In this document: positions 10,568 through 19,900 of the stretch, piece after piece
Layout of the letters: the number at the start of each line of letters is the position of its first letter
Position numbering within the stretch: position 1 is the first letter of the stretch
Program-made: the position numbers and the translations under genes
NCBI GenBank assembly: GCA_965204755.1
Contig: OZ242011.1
Coordinates: forward strand, 3,072,001 to 3,136,000
Reading direction: 5' to 3'
Source of the DNA: Candidatus Marinacidobacterium sp.
Lineage (GTDB): Bacteria; Acidobacteriota; Vicinamibacteria; Marinacidobacterales; Marinacidobacteraceae
DNA length: 64,000 nt
Notes under the pieces: model-generated
The model's input: the letters and a program-made list of their open reading frames with translations, nothing else
Databases searched by the model: none
Told to the model about the DNA's origin: nothing

Positions 10568-11596
10568 GTGCCCGATACCGCGCCCCCTTCCCCGTCACTG
10601 TCCCCGTCCGAGGTCGAGGCCGCCCTCGAAGCCCTCGCCGCGCTGACCGACGACGCCGGGATCGAGGCCTGGCGGACGAAGCACCTGGGCCGGAAGTCCC
10701 GGCTGCAGACCGCGCTCAAGGGCCTCTCCGCGCTCGACCCGGCCGACCGGGCCGCCGCCGGGCGCGCGCTCAACGAGGCGAAGACCCGGCTACGCGCCGC
10801 CCTCGACCGGAAGCGGGCCGAGGAAGAGGCCCGCCGCCTCGAGAGCCGGCCGCCGCTCGATGTCACCCTGCCCGGCCGCCCGCTCCCCTCCGGCCGGCTC
10901 CACCCGATCACCCTCACGGAACGCGCCATCGTTTCCTCGTTCGCCCGGATGGGCTTTTCGGTGATCGAAGGGCCGGAGGTGGAACTCGACTACTACAACT
11001 TCGAGGCGCTGCGCATCCCCGCCGACCACCCGGCCCGCGAGGCCATGGACACCTTCTACCTGGCTCCCGGCGCGGGCCGCGGGGACGCCGCCGGGCCGCC
11101 GCTCCTGCTCCGCACCCACACCTCGCCGAACCAGATCCGCTTCATGGAGCGGAACGCGCCGCCGATCCGCCTGGTCTCGCCGGGCCGCACCTACCGGAAC
11201 GAAGCCACCGACGCGACCCACGAATGGATGATCACCCAGACCGAGGTGCTCGCGGTGGACCGGGGGCTGACGCTCGCGCACCTGAAGGGGACGCTCTACG
11301 AGTTCGCGCGCCACCTGTTCGGCGAGGACCGGGAGATCCGGTTCCGCTGCGACTACTTCCCGTTCGTCGAGCCGGGCGTGGAAGTGGCGGTGAGCAGCCC
11401 CGGCGGCTGGATCGAGATCCTCGGCGCCGGGATGGTGCACCCGGAGATCCTGGAGCGCATGGGTTTCGACCCCGAGGAATACACCGGCTTCGCCGCCGGG
11501 CTGGGCGTGGAGCGGATCGCCATGCTGCGTCACGGCATCGACGACATCCGCCGCTTCTACGAGAACGACCTCCGCTTCCTGGAGCAGTTCCGGTGA
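10568..11596 (+). CDS. pheS: Phenylalanine--tRNA ligase alpha subunit
   Basis: [42 protein letters not shown]. Confidence 0.97.
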   Translation: MPDTAPPSPSLSPSEVEAALEALAALTDDAGIEAWRTKHLGRKSRLQTALKGLSALDPADRAAAGRALNEAKTRLRAALDRKRAEEEARRLESRPPLDVTLPGRPLPSGRLHPITLTERAIVSSFARMGFSVIEGPEVELDYYNFEALRIPADHPAREAMDTFYLAPGAGRGDAAGPPLLLRTHTSPNQIRFMERNAPPIRLVSPGRTYRNEATDATHEWMITQTEVLAVDRGLTLAHLKGTLYEFARHLFGEDREIRFRCDYFPFVEPGVEVAVSSPGGWIEILGAGMVHPEILERMGFDPEEYTGFAAGLGVERIAMLRHGIDDIRRFYENDLRFLEQFR

Positions 11597-11621
11597 CCGG
11601 GCCCGGCGGCCCTCCGGCGTA

Positions 11622-14132
11622 GTGCGCGTCCCGCTTTCCTGGCTCGGGGAATTCGTCCCGCTGCCGGCGGACCGCGAGGCCCTGGCGCAGCGCCTGACCT
11701 CCGCCGGCGTCGAAGTCACCGCCGTCGAGCGCATCGGCGGGGACTGGGAGGGGGTGGTCGCGGGCCGGGTGCTCGAGGTGGCGCCCCACCCGAACGCCGA
11801 CCGCCTGCGGCTGGTCACCGTGGCCGTCGGCGGCGAGGAACCGCCTCCGCCGGTGATCTGCGGCGCCCCGAATGTGGCCGCCGGGCAAATGATCGCCTTC
11901 GCCGGGGAAGGGGCGGTCCTCGCCGACCCGGCCACCGGCAAACCGCGCAAGTTGAAGAAGTCCCGCATCCGGGGGGTGGTCTCCGCCGGGATGGTCTGCT
12001 CCGAGGCGGAACTCGGCCTCTCCGGCGAGCACGCCGGGATCCTGGTCCTCGACGACATCCTCGACGCCGGGGCCGAGCCGGGGACGCCGCTCCGGGAAGT
12101 CCTCGGCGATCAGGTCTTCGTCCTCGACCTGACGCCGAACCGGGCGGACGCGCTCTCGATGGTCGGCCTCGCCCGCGAGGTCTCGGCGCTCACCGGCGCG
12201 CCGCTCGCGCCCTGGCCTACCGAACCGGAAGCCGCGGGGCCGGGGATCGCCGGGCGGGCGTCCGCGGAAATCGCGGACCCGCGGCTCTGCCGGCGATTCA
12301 CCCTCGCGCTCATCGAGGGCGTCGAAGTCGGCCCGTCGCCGGAGTGGATGCAGGCCCGGCTGACCGCCGCCGGGCTCCGGCCCATCAACAACCTGGTGGA
12401 CATCACGAACTATGTGATGCTCGAATGCGGGCAGCCGGTCCACGCGTTCGACTACGACCGGGTGGCGGAGCACCGGATCATCGTCCGGCGGGCGGAGGCC
12501 GGCGAGACGCTGGTCACGCTGGACGGGAAGGAGCGCGAACTCGACCCGGAGCGGCTGGTGATCGCCGACCCGTCGGGGCCCGTCGCCCTCGCCGGGGTCA
12601 TGGGCGGCCGCGACACCGAGATCACCGGGGACACGCGCAACCTGCTGCTGGAGGCGGCGAACTTCGACCCGGTGAGCGTCCGGCGCACCGCCCGCCGCTA
12701 CGACCTGTTCACCGACGCGGCGCGCCGCTTCGCCTGGGGGCTGCCGCCGGAGTCGGCGCCGATCGCCTCCGCCCGGGTCTGCCGGCTCCTCGAACGCCAC
12801 GCCGGGGGGCGGGTGGCCGCCGGCCGGGTGGATGCGTGGCCGGCGCCCGAACCGAGCCATGCGATCCGCCTCCGCCGCTCGCGGATCCCGCAGGTGCTGG
12901 GGATGGCCCCGTCGGACGAGGCCGTCGAAGGGGCGCTCACCCGCTTGGGTTTCGGGGTCGAGCGGGAGGAGGGGGCGGACGGGGCGAGTGGCGGCGCGGA
13001 GGAAGCGGGGCTCTCGGTGACCGTCCCCCGGTGGCGGCGCGATGTGCGGTTGCCGGACGACCTGGTCGAGGAAGTCGCGCGGGTCCTCGGCTACGACGAC
13101 CTCCCGGCGGCGCCGCTCGCCGGCGCCATCCCCCACCACTCGCCGCTCCCCGCGCGGGCGCTGCGGGAGCGGGTGCGGGACCTGGGCGCGGCGGCGGGGC
13201 TCAGCGAAGTGATGACCTACTCGCTGGTCTCGGACGCGGACCTCGCGGCGGTGCTCTCCGAGGACGCCCGCCGCGCCTCGCCGGCGCTGCGGGTGGCGAA
13301 TCCCCTGGGCGAGGCGCGCGACTCGCTGCGCACTTCGCTCCGTCCGGGAGTGCTGCGCGCCGCCGCGCTGAACTTCGACCGGGGCGCCTCGAGCGTGGCG
13401 CTGTTCGAGGTCTCCCGCGTCTATCGGCCGGGGGCCGACGGAGGCGACGGCCGGCCCGAAGAGGCGGAGTGCGCGGCGGCGGTGGTCGCCGGCGCCCGGC
13501 TCGACCGGTTCGGGCATCCCGTCGCGGAGCGGCTGGACTTCTTCGACGCGAAGGCGACCCTGGAGCGGGTGCTCGCCGGGCTGGGACTCTCGCCGGAGTT
13601 CCGGGCGGTCGAGGAGTTCGGGTATGTCCCCGGACGGACGGCGGAAGCGCGGATCCCGCTCGGCGGCGGCGGGAAGTCGGTCCGGGTCGGGACGATCGGG
13701 CAGGCGGCCCCGGCGTCCGCGGCGGCGTTCGGGTTGGAGGAAGAGGCCTTCGCCTGGGAACTCGACCTCGCCGCGCTGCTCCGCGCCGAACCGGACGGTC
13801 TCACCGCGCCGGCCGCCGCCTCCCCGCTGCCGCGGTTCCCGGCGGCGGCGGAAGACTTCGCGTTCCTGGTCCCGGAGGACACTCCGGCCGGGGCGCTCGC
13901 GCGGGAGGCGGAGAGCCACCCGCTCGTCGTCGAGGCGCGGGTCTTCGACGACTACCGACTCACCGAGGGGCAGGGCGCAGAAGCCGCCCCCGGTTCGCGT
14001 TCCCTGGGTCTCCGCGTGCTCTACCGCGCGCCGAACCGGACGCTGAACGAGAACGACATTGCCAAAGTCCGAAGGACGATCTTGAAGCGGTTGAAGTCGA
14101 GTCTCGGTGCAGTCGTTCGGGACCGCGCCTGA
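11622..14132 (+). CDS. pheT: Phenylalanine--tRNA ligase beta subunit
   Basis: HPNADRL, CGAPN, LTPNRAD, INNLVDITNYVM, DLVEEVARVLGYD. Confidence 0.97.
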   Translation: MRVPLSWLGEFVPLPADREALAQRLTSAGVEVTAVERIGGDWEGVVAGRVLEVAPHPNADRLRLVTVAVGGEEPPPPVICGAPNVAAGQMIAFAGEGAVLADPATGKPRKLKKSRIRGVVSAGMVCSEAELGLSGEHAGILVLDDILDAGAEPGTPLREVLGDQVFVLDLTPNRADALSMVGLAREVSALTGAPLAPWPTEPEAAGPGIAGRASAEIADPRLCRRFTLALIEGVEVGPSPEWMQARLTAAGLRPINNLVDITNYVMLECGQPVHAFDYDRVAEHRIIVRRAEAGETLVTLDGKERELDPERLVIADPSGPVALAGVMGGRDTEITGDTRNLLLEAANFDPVSVRRTARRYDLFTDAARRFAWGLPPESAPIASARVCRLLERHAGGRVAAGRVDAWPAPEPSHAIRLRRSRIPQVLGMAPSDEAVEGALTRLGFGVEREEGADGASGGAEEAGLSVTVPRWRRDVRLPDDLVEEVARVLGYDDLPAAPLAGAIPHHSPLPARALRERVRDLGAAAGLSEVMTYSLVSDADLAAVLSEDARRASPALRVANPLGEARDSLRTSLRPGVLRAAALNFDRGASSVALFEVSRVYRPGADGGDGRPEEAECAAAVVAGARLDRFGHPVAERLDFFDAKATLERVLAGLGLSPEFRAVEEFGYVPGRTAEARIPLGGGGKSVRVGTIGQAAPASAAAFGLEEEAFAWELDLAALLRAEPDGLTAPAAASPLPRFPAAAEDFAFLVPEDTPAGALAREAESHPLVVEARVFDDYRLTEGQGAEAAPGSRSLGLRVLYRAPNRTLNENDIAKVRRTILKRLKSSLGAVVRDRA

Positions 14133-14289
14133 CCCTCCGGGTCGGGCCGTCCGCCGCTCCGCCGCCGGCGGGCGCCCCCGCCCGCGGCCCCGCGAACGCT
14201 CCGGCGGGCGTTCGTCGGGCGGGCGCCCAACCGACGGACATCCCGCCGACGGACATCCTGCCGGCGAACATCCCGCCGGCGGGGCGGCG

Positions 14290-15258
14290 CTGTCGGGCGA
14301 CCTCATCGCCGCCTCCCCCCGGATGCGGGCGCTCCTCCGGGACGCCGCCCGGATCGCGCGTTTCGATGTCCCGGTCCTGATCGAAGGGGAGACCGGGGCC
14401 GGGAAGGAACTGCTGGCGCGGTTCCTCCACCGGGAGAGCCCCCGGCGCCGCCGGGCGCTGGTCGCCGTGAACTGCGGCGCGGTCCCGGACGACCTCCTCG
14501 AGGCGGAGTTCTTCGGCCACGCCCGCGGCGCGTTCACCGGGGCCGCCGAGGCCCGCGCCGGGCTGGTCGAGGCGGCGGACGGGGGCACGCTCTTCCTCGA
14601 CGAAGTCGGCGAACTCTCGCCGAGGGCCCAGGCGCTGCTGCTGCGCGTCCTGCAGGAGCGCGAGTACCGGCGCGTCGGCGAAACCCGCGTCCGCCGCTCC
14701 GACTTCCGGCTGGTTTCGGCCACCCACCGCGCGCTGGCCGACCTCGTTGCCGCCGGGTCGTTCCGGGCCGACCTGTTCTACCGGCTGGCGGTGGCGCGCG
14801 TCCGCATCCCGCCGCTCCGGGAGCGCTGCGACGAGTTCGGGGAGATCGCGGCGGGCCTGCTCGCCCGCCTCTCCCGGCGCTACCGGATCCCGGTGCCGGA
14901 GGTCTCCCCGGAGGCGCTCTCCGCCCTCGCCGCCCGCCCCTGGCCGGGCAACATCCGCGAACTCGAGTCCGCGCTCGCCGCCGCCGTCCTCTCCCGCCCC
15001 GGCGCTGCCCGGCTGGAACCGGAGGACTTCTCCGCCGCGCCGCCGCCCGAAGCGGCGCCGACCGGGGAATCCCGCCCCGCCGCCGCAGCGCCGGCGGCGG
15101 ACGGACGGGCCCTCTCCGAAGCCCTCGCCGCGTTCGAGCGCCTGTTCCTGCTCGCCGCGCTCCGGCGCGCCTCCGGCAGCCGCGCGGCGGCGGCGAGATC
15201 GCTCGGCATCACCCGCCAGGGGCTCTGGCGAAAACTCCGCCGCCACGGCATCCGCTGA
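14290..15258 (+). CDS. Sigma-54 enhancer-binding AAA+ activator with Fis-type HTH and no N-terminal sensor domain (start uncertain; ATG at 14323)
   Basis: GETGAGKE, GAFTGA, LFLDEVGE, FRADLFYRL, WPGNIREL, C-terminal AARSLGITRQGLWRKL. Confidence 0.88.
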   Translation: MSGDLIAASPRMRALLRDAARIARFDVPVLIEGETGAGKELLARFLHRESPRRRRALVAVNCGAVPDDLLEAEFFGHARGAFTGAAEARAGLVEAADGGTLFLDEVGELSPRAQALLLRVLQEREYRRVGETRVRRSDFRLVSATHRALADLVAAGSFRADLFYRLAVARVRIPPLRERCDEFGEIAAGLLARLSRRYRIPVPEVSPEALSALAARPWPGNIRELESALAAAVLSRPGAARLEPEDFSAAPPPEAAPTGESRPAAAAPAADGRALSEALAAFERLFLLAALRRASGSRAAAARSLGITRQGLWRKLRRHGIR

Positions 15259-15269
15259 CCGGCCTCGAA

Positions 15270-15860
15270 ATGCGGAGGGAGCCGGGCCCGGTCGCGACGG
15301 AAGACCACCTCGAAGAGGCCGCCGGCGCCGACTACGCCCTCGCCCGCCGCCGCGTCCGCTCCATCGTCGGGGGCCCGGCGTTCGACCGCTTCCTTCGCCA
15401 AGTGAGGGACTACCGCAACCGAACCTACCCGCCGGAGGCGAAGAGAGTCCACCGGGTACGGATGAAAGACGAAGACAAGGCTCGCATCGGACATCTCTTC
15501 GTCGCCGCGCTGGGCGATTCGGCGCGCCAAGTCCTGCCGCCGCCTCCGGGCCTCGGGGCTACGCCGACCCGCCTGGTGCGGCTGTCCCCGGAAACTGCGG
15601 TCAAACAGGTACTCCACCACGGAGACCTGACGCCGGCCGACTACCGACGGATCCCCGACCTCATCGAAGACGAACGCTTCCAGAAGACGGGCGACCGTAA
15701 ACTGGCCTTCTTCGGCTACTACGATGGCCAATGGCGCCGCGCCATCGTGAAGCAAGCCACGAGCGCCGACGAGCTCTATCTCGCCAGTTACCACAAGGCT
15801 CGCCCGAACCAAGTCCCCGAGTCCGTCCGCACGGAACGGGAGCAGTCACAACGGGACTAG
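15270..15860 (+). CDS. Stand-alone PBECR2-like (BECR-fold) putative RNase/toxin domain
   Basis: LSPETAVKQVLHHGDLTPADYRRIPDLI...WRRAIVK...DELYLASYHK resembles the PBECR2 domain found at the C-terminus of phage MuF proteins (by eye). Confidence 0.65.
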   Translation: MRREPGPVATEDHLEEAAGADYALARRRVRSIVGGPAFDRFLRQVRDYRNRTYPPEAKRVHRVRMKDEDKARIGHLFVAALGDSARQVLPPPPGLGATPTRLVRLSPETAVKQVLHHGDLTPADYRRIPDLIEDERFQKTGDRKLAFFGYYDGQWRRAIVKQATSADELYLASYHKARPNQVPESVRTEREQSQRD

Positions 15861-15976
15861 GTGGCGCACGGTGGGGCCCGCAATCCGAGCAACGCTCGGC
15901 AACCCCACGTAACGCGCTGTCCCCGTAAGGGGAACTGGCTACGGCTTGCGGAGTATTACCGTGTCACGTGCGCCGC
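15861..15976. ncRNA. Structured RNA repeat copy A1
   Basis: Terminal stem GTGGCGCAC/GTGCGCCGC; GTGGGG/CCCCAC; crossing CCGCAA/TTGCGG; hairpins CCGAGC-AAC-GCTCGG and TCCCC-GTAA-GGGGA. Confidence 0.7.
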
Positions 15977-16091
15977 CGAGAATGCTAGCACGCCACGCCC
16001 CGTGCGTCGGCGCCACTTGTCGGGCCGGGGCATCCGGTCGGAAGCCGCCCGCGGCGAAGGTCGGCGAGGCCGATGACTCCGTTGATCCGGT

Positions 16092-16209
16092 GTGGCGCAC
16101 ACGGTGGGGCCTCCTGTCCAGCCGAGGCTGGCAACCCCACATTTCACCGGTCATTCCCGAAGGAACGGGCCACGGGTAGGAGAATGTCACCGTCCGTCGC
16201 GTGCGCCAC
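16092..16209. ncRNA. Structured RNA repeat copy B1
   Basis: GTGGCGCAC/GTGCGCCAC; GTGGGG/CCCCAC; crossing CTCCTG/TAGGAG; hairpins CCAGCC-GA-GGCTGG and TTCC-CGAA-GGAA. Confidence 0.7.
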
Positions 16210-16384
16210 CGGGAAGTATAGCGGCGCCGGGGTCGCCTGCCGGGGGCGGGTCGAACCGGGGGCGCCGGTGGGCGGGGAGCCTCCGGATGGCCGAGAGGCG
16301 CCCGAACTCTCACCGCCGGAAACTCCATGGTCCGGAGGAACTCGTCTTGGGAGCGCGGGTACGCCACTCCGGTACCCGACCGGT

Positions 16385-16500
16385 GTGGCGCACGGTGGGG
16401 CCCGCAATCCGAGCAACGCTCGGCAACCCCACATAACGCTCTGTCCCCGTGAGGGGAACTGGCTACGGCTTGCGGAGTATTACCGTGTCACATGCGCCAC
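16385..16500. ncRNA. Structured RNA repeat copy A2
   Basis: Near-identical to A1, 524 nt downstream; hairpin loop GTGA instead of GTAA. Confidence 0.7.
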
Positions 16501-16616
16501 CGGGGACATTAGCGCCCCGGATGTCGCGCGTCAGCGCCACCTGTCTCGCTCGGGGCATCGGGTCGGAAGCCGCCTGCGGCGAAGGTCGGCGAGGCCGATG
16601 ACTCCGTTGATCCGGG

Positions 16617-16732
16617 GTGGCGCACGGTGGGGCCTCCCATCCGGTTGAAGCCGGCAACCCCACATTTCACCTGTCATTCCCGAAGGAACGGGCCACGGGC
16701 GGGAGAATGTCACCGTGCGTCGCGTGCGCCGA
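16617..16732. ncRNA. Structured RNA repeat copy B2
   Basis: Similar to B1, 525 nt downstream; crossing CTCCC/GGGAG; hairpin CCGGTT-GA-AGCCGG. Confidence 0.7.
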
Positions 16733-16949
16733 CGGGAGCGTAGCGCTTTCACTACGCGCCGCCCGGCCGGCCAGCCGGCCCGAGGAGCGAGAGAATCGCC
16801 GGACCGGCGAGGCGCGGATCGCGGATGAGGGCGTCGGCCGGCGGCTCCGGGCCGCCGAAGGCGGGGAGGCCTCCCGCCCGTAGAATCGCCGCCCAACCGG
16901 AATTGCCCGATACGCCCTGCGAAATCCACCCGGACGGAGGGAGTCCGTC

Positions 16950-19900
16950 GTGAGCGGGACGGGGAAGCGGCTGATCGAGGTCGCGTTCCCGTTGGAGCAG
17001 GTGTCCAAGGACTCCGTCCACGAGAAGAATGTGCGGCACGGGCATATCTCGACCCTGCACATCTGGCCGGCGCGGAGGCCGCTGGCGGCGAGTCGGGGGG
17101 TGGTTCTCTCGACGCTGTTGCCGGACCCGGGGGCCTCCGACCGGCGGCGGGTGCTGGAGCGGATGGCGGGGCATTGGACGGTGATCCGGGACGAGGACGG
17201 GGAGGTCGTCGACCGGGTGTGGAAGGACGGGATCTTCCATTGGGGGAAGGAGAACCGGCGGGAACTGGACGCCTTCCGGGAGGAAGTCCGCGAGGTGTTC
17301 GGGGGGCGGGCGCCGCGGGTGCTGGATCCGTTCGCGGGGGGCGGGGCGATTCCGTTGGAGGCGATGCGGCTGGGGTGCGAGGTGGAGGCGGCGGACCTGA
17401 ACCCGGTGGCCTGGTTCATCCTGCGGTGCGCGCTCCACTACCCGCGGCTCGCTTCGGGGGAGCGGCGGCTGCCGGAGTCCCTGTCGGCGTATCCGGCGTT
17501 CGGGGAGGCGCTTGGGTGGGCGGCCGACCGGGAGGCGGCGAGTCTCGGCGGGCGGCGGCGGGGGAGGAAGAGGAAGGCGGGCCCGGAGGCCGGCTCGGAG
17601 GCGGGGCCGGCGCTGCTGACACCCGGTCGGGCGGGCGCGCCGGCGGTTCCGTTCGCGTGGCACCTGCGGGCGTGGGGGGAGCGCGTTCTCGCGGGGGCGC
17701 GGCGGGAGGTCGCGGCGCGGTATCCGGTGTATGCGGACTTCGAGCCGAAACGGCGGAAGGGGCGGGGCTACGACTCGCCGGAGGTCGGTTTCGAGCCGCG
17801 GCCCATGCGGCAGTTGGAACCGGACGCCGAAGGGCTGGTTTCGGTGGAGGAGTTGAACCGGGAGTTCGGCGAGGAATACCTGGAGGACGAGCGGAATCCC
17901 CGGTGGGTGGCGAAACCGCCGGTGGCCTACCTGTGGGCGAGGACCGCGAAGTGCGCGGGGTGCCGGGCGGAAGTGCCGTTGTTGAAGACGCGATGGCTTT
18001 GCCGGAAACCCGAGGGCGCGAATCGGCCGGCGAAGCGCGTGCTCCTCGAGATGACGCCGCGGGCGGACGGGAGCGGGGTGGACTTCGGGCTCGATCTCGA
18101 AGTTCCGGAGGAAGCGGAGACTCCGGCGGCGCGGCGCGAGAGCGACCGGAAATTGGGCGCCGGGACGATGACCCGGCGGGGCGCGACCTGCCCGTGCTGC
18201 GGCGCGATCGCCACGATGGCCGACCTGCGGCTGGAAGGGCGGGCCGGGCGGCTCGGGGAGCGGATGACCGCGGTGGTGGTGGACGGCCAGCGGGGGAAGG
18301 AGTACCGGTTGCCTACGGAGGCGGAGTTCGCGGCGGCGGAGGTGGGCGAGGAGGAGTTGGAGGGGTTGTATGCGGGTATCCCGTTCGGACTTCCCGACGA
18401 GCCCACTCCGAGACCGGGGATGGGCGCGTCGCGCGCGTTTTCGGTGCGGGGTTACGGCTTCGACACCTGGCGGCGCCTGTTCACGAATCGGCAGTTGCTC
18501 GCCATCGGCATCCTGCTACGGGAGATCCGGGTCTGCGCCGAAGAGATGGACGGGTATCCCGAAGCGTGGCGCGAAGCGTTGTGGGTGACTCTCTCCGGCG
18601 CGCTGAGCAAGTTCACGGACTACAGCAGCGCCATCTGCTCCTGGCACAACAGCGGAGAAAAACTGAGGAGCACTTTCGCCCGCTTCGCGCTGCCGATCGT
18701 GTGGGACTACTGCGAAGTCAACACCCTGGCGGCGACTACCGGGGGATTCCTCGCCTCCGTCGAATGGGTGGCGCGGGTCATGGCGCACCTGACGGAGATC
18801 GAGAGCGCGAGTGCGCCTTCGGTGCAGCGGCGGTCGGCGATCGAGGCGATTCCCGGCGAGTTCGATCTCATCTGCACCGACCCGCCGTACTACGACGCGA
18901 TTCCCTACTCCGACCTGATGGACTTCTTCCACCTCTGGCTTCGCCGCGCGCTCCACGGCGTCTCGGAGGAAACCGACCGCGCGCTCGCCTCGGCGCTCGG
19001 CCCGAAGTGGGACGCGGACGCGAACGACGGGGAACTCATAGACGACGCCAACCGGTTCGACGGCAGCCGCGAAGCCTCGAAACGGAACTACGAGGACGGC
19101 ATGGCGCGGTGCTTCGCGCGGTTCCGCGACGCGCTGCGGGACGACGGCCGGTTCGTGGTCGTCTTCGCCAGCAAGGACCCGAACGCCTGGGAGACGCTGG
19201 TCTCCGCGATCATCCGCTCCGGTTTCGTGGTTTCCGCTTCGTGGCCGATCCAGACCGAGATGGCGACGCGCCAGCGGGGCCGGGCGTCGGCGGCGCTCGC
19301 CTCTTCGATCTGGCTGGTGTGCGGGAAGCGGCCGGCGGCCGCGAGGCGCGGCTGGGACCGCCAGGTGCTCCGGGCGATGCGCCGGAACATCCGGGAACAG
19401 TTGCATCGGTTCTGGGACGCGGGGATTCGCGGGCCGGACTTCGTATGGGCGGCCACCGGGCCGGCGCTCGAAGCGTTCAGCCGTCACCCGTTCGTCGAAA
19501 AGGCGGACGAAGAAGGCGAACGAATGGGCGTGGCGGAGTTCCTCGGGCAGGTCCGGCGCGAAGTCGTGGGCTTCGCGGTGAGCCGGGTGCTCGCCCGCGA
19601 AGAGGGAGGAGCGGATTCTTCCCTCGTCGAAGGCCTCGACGACCCGACCACCTACTACCTGCTGCACCGGAAGGACTTCGGGCTCGACCCGGCGCCGGCC
19701 GGCGCCTGCATCCTCTACTCGCTCTCCTGCGGCGTCTCCGACTCCGACCTCACCGGCCGCCTCGACTTCCTGGCCCGCAAGGAGTCTCGCGGCGGGAGCG
19801 AAGCGGAGGCCGAAGCGGACGACGACGACGGCGGCGCCGCCGGAGGCCGGATGCGGCTCAAACCGTGGGCCCGCCGCCGTCGGTCCGTCGGCGATCCCGG

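Larger units (their letters stand above)
15982..16742 (-). promoter_or_regulatory. Four antisense sigma70-type -10 boxes, one per clustered repeat
   Basis: Minus-strand gcTAGCAT (15982-15987), gcTATACT (16215-16220), gcTAATGT (16506-16511), gcTACGCT (16737-16742), each 4-5 nt from the repeat end. Confidence 0.6.

Noticed and set aside
15861-16209. Canonical HDV ribozyme, tRNA or cobalamin riboswitch
   Set aside because: No L3/P1.1 element, no T-loop GTTCRA or cloverleaf, and no B12 box; only the helix order resembles HDV
15861-16732. CRISPR array or integron attC sites
   Set aside because: Units are ~116 nt, the A-B spacer is itself duplicated, there are no RYYYAAC/GTTRRRY ends, and no cas or intI gene is present
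15861-16929. Short ORFs over the repeat array as immunity proteins
   Set aside because: Frames and lengths differ between copies (indels), and changes preserve base pairing rather than codons
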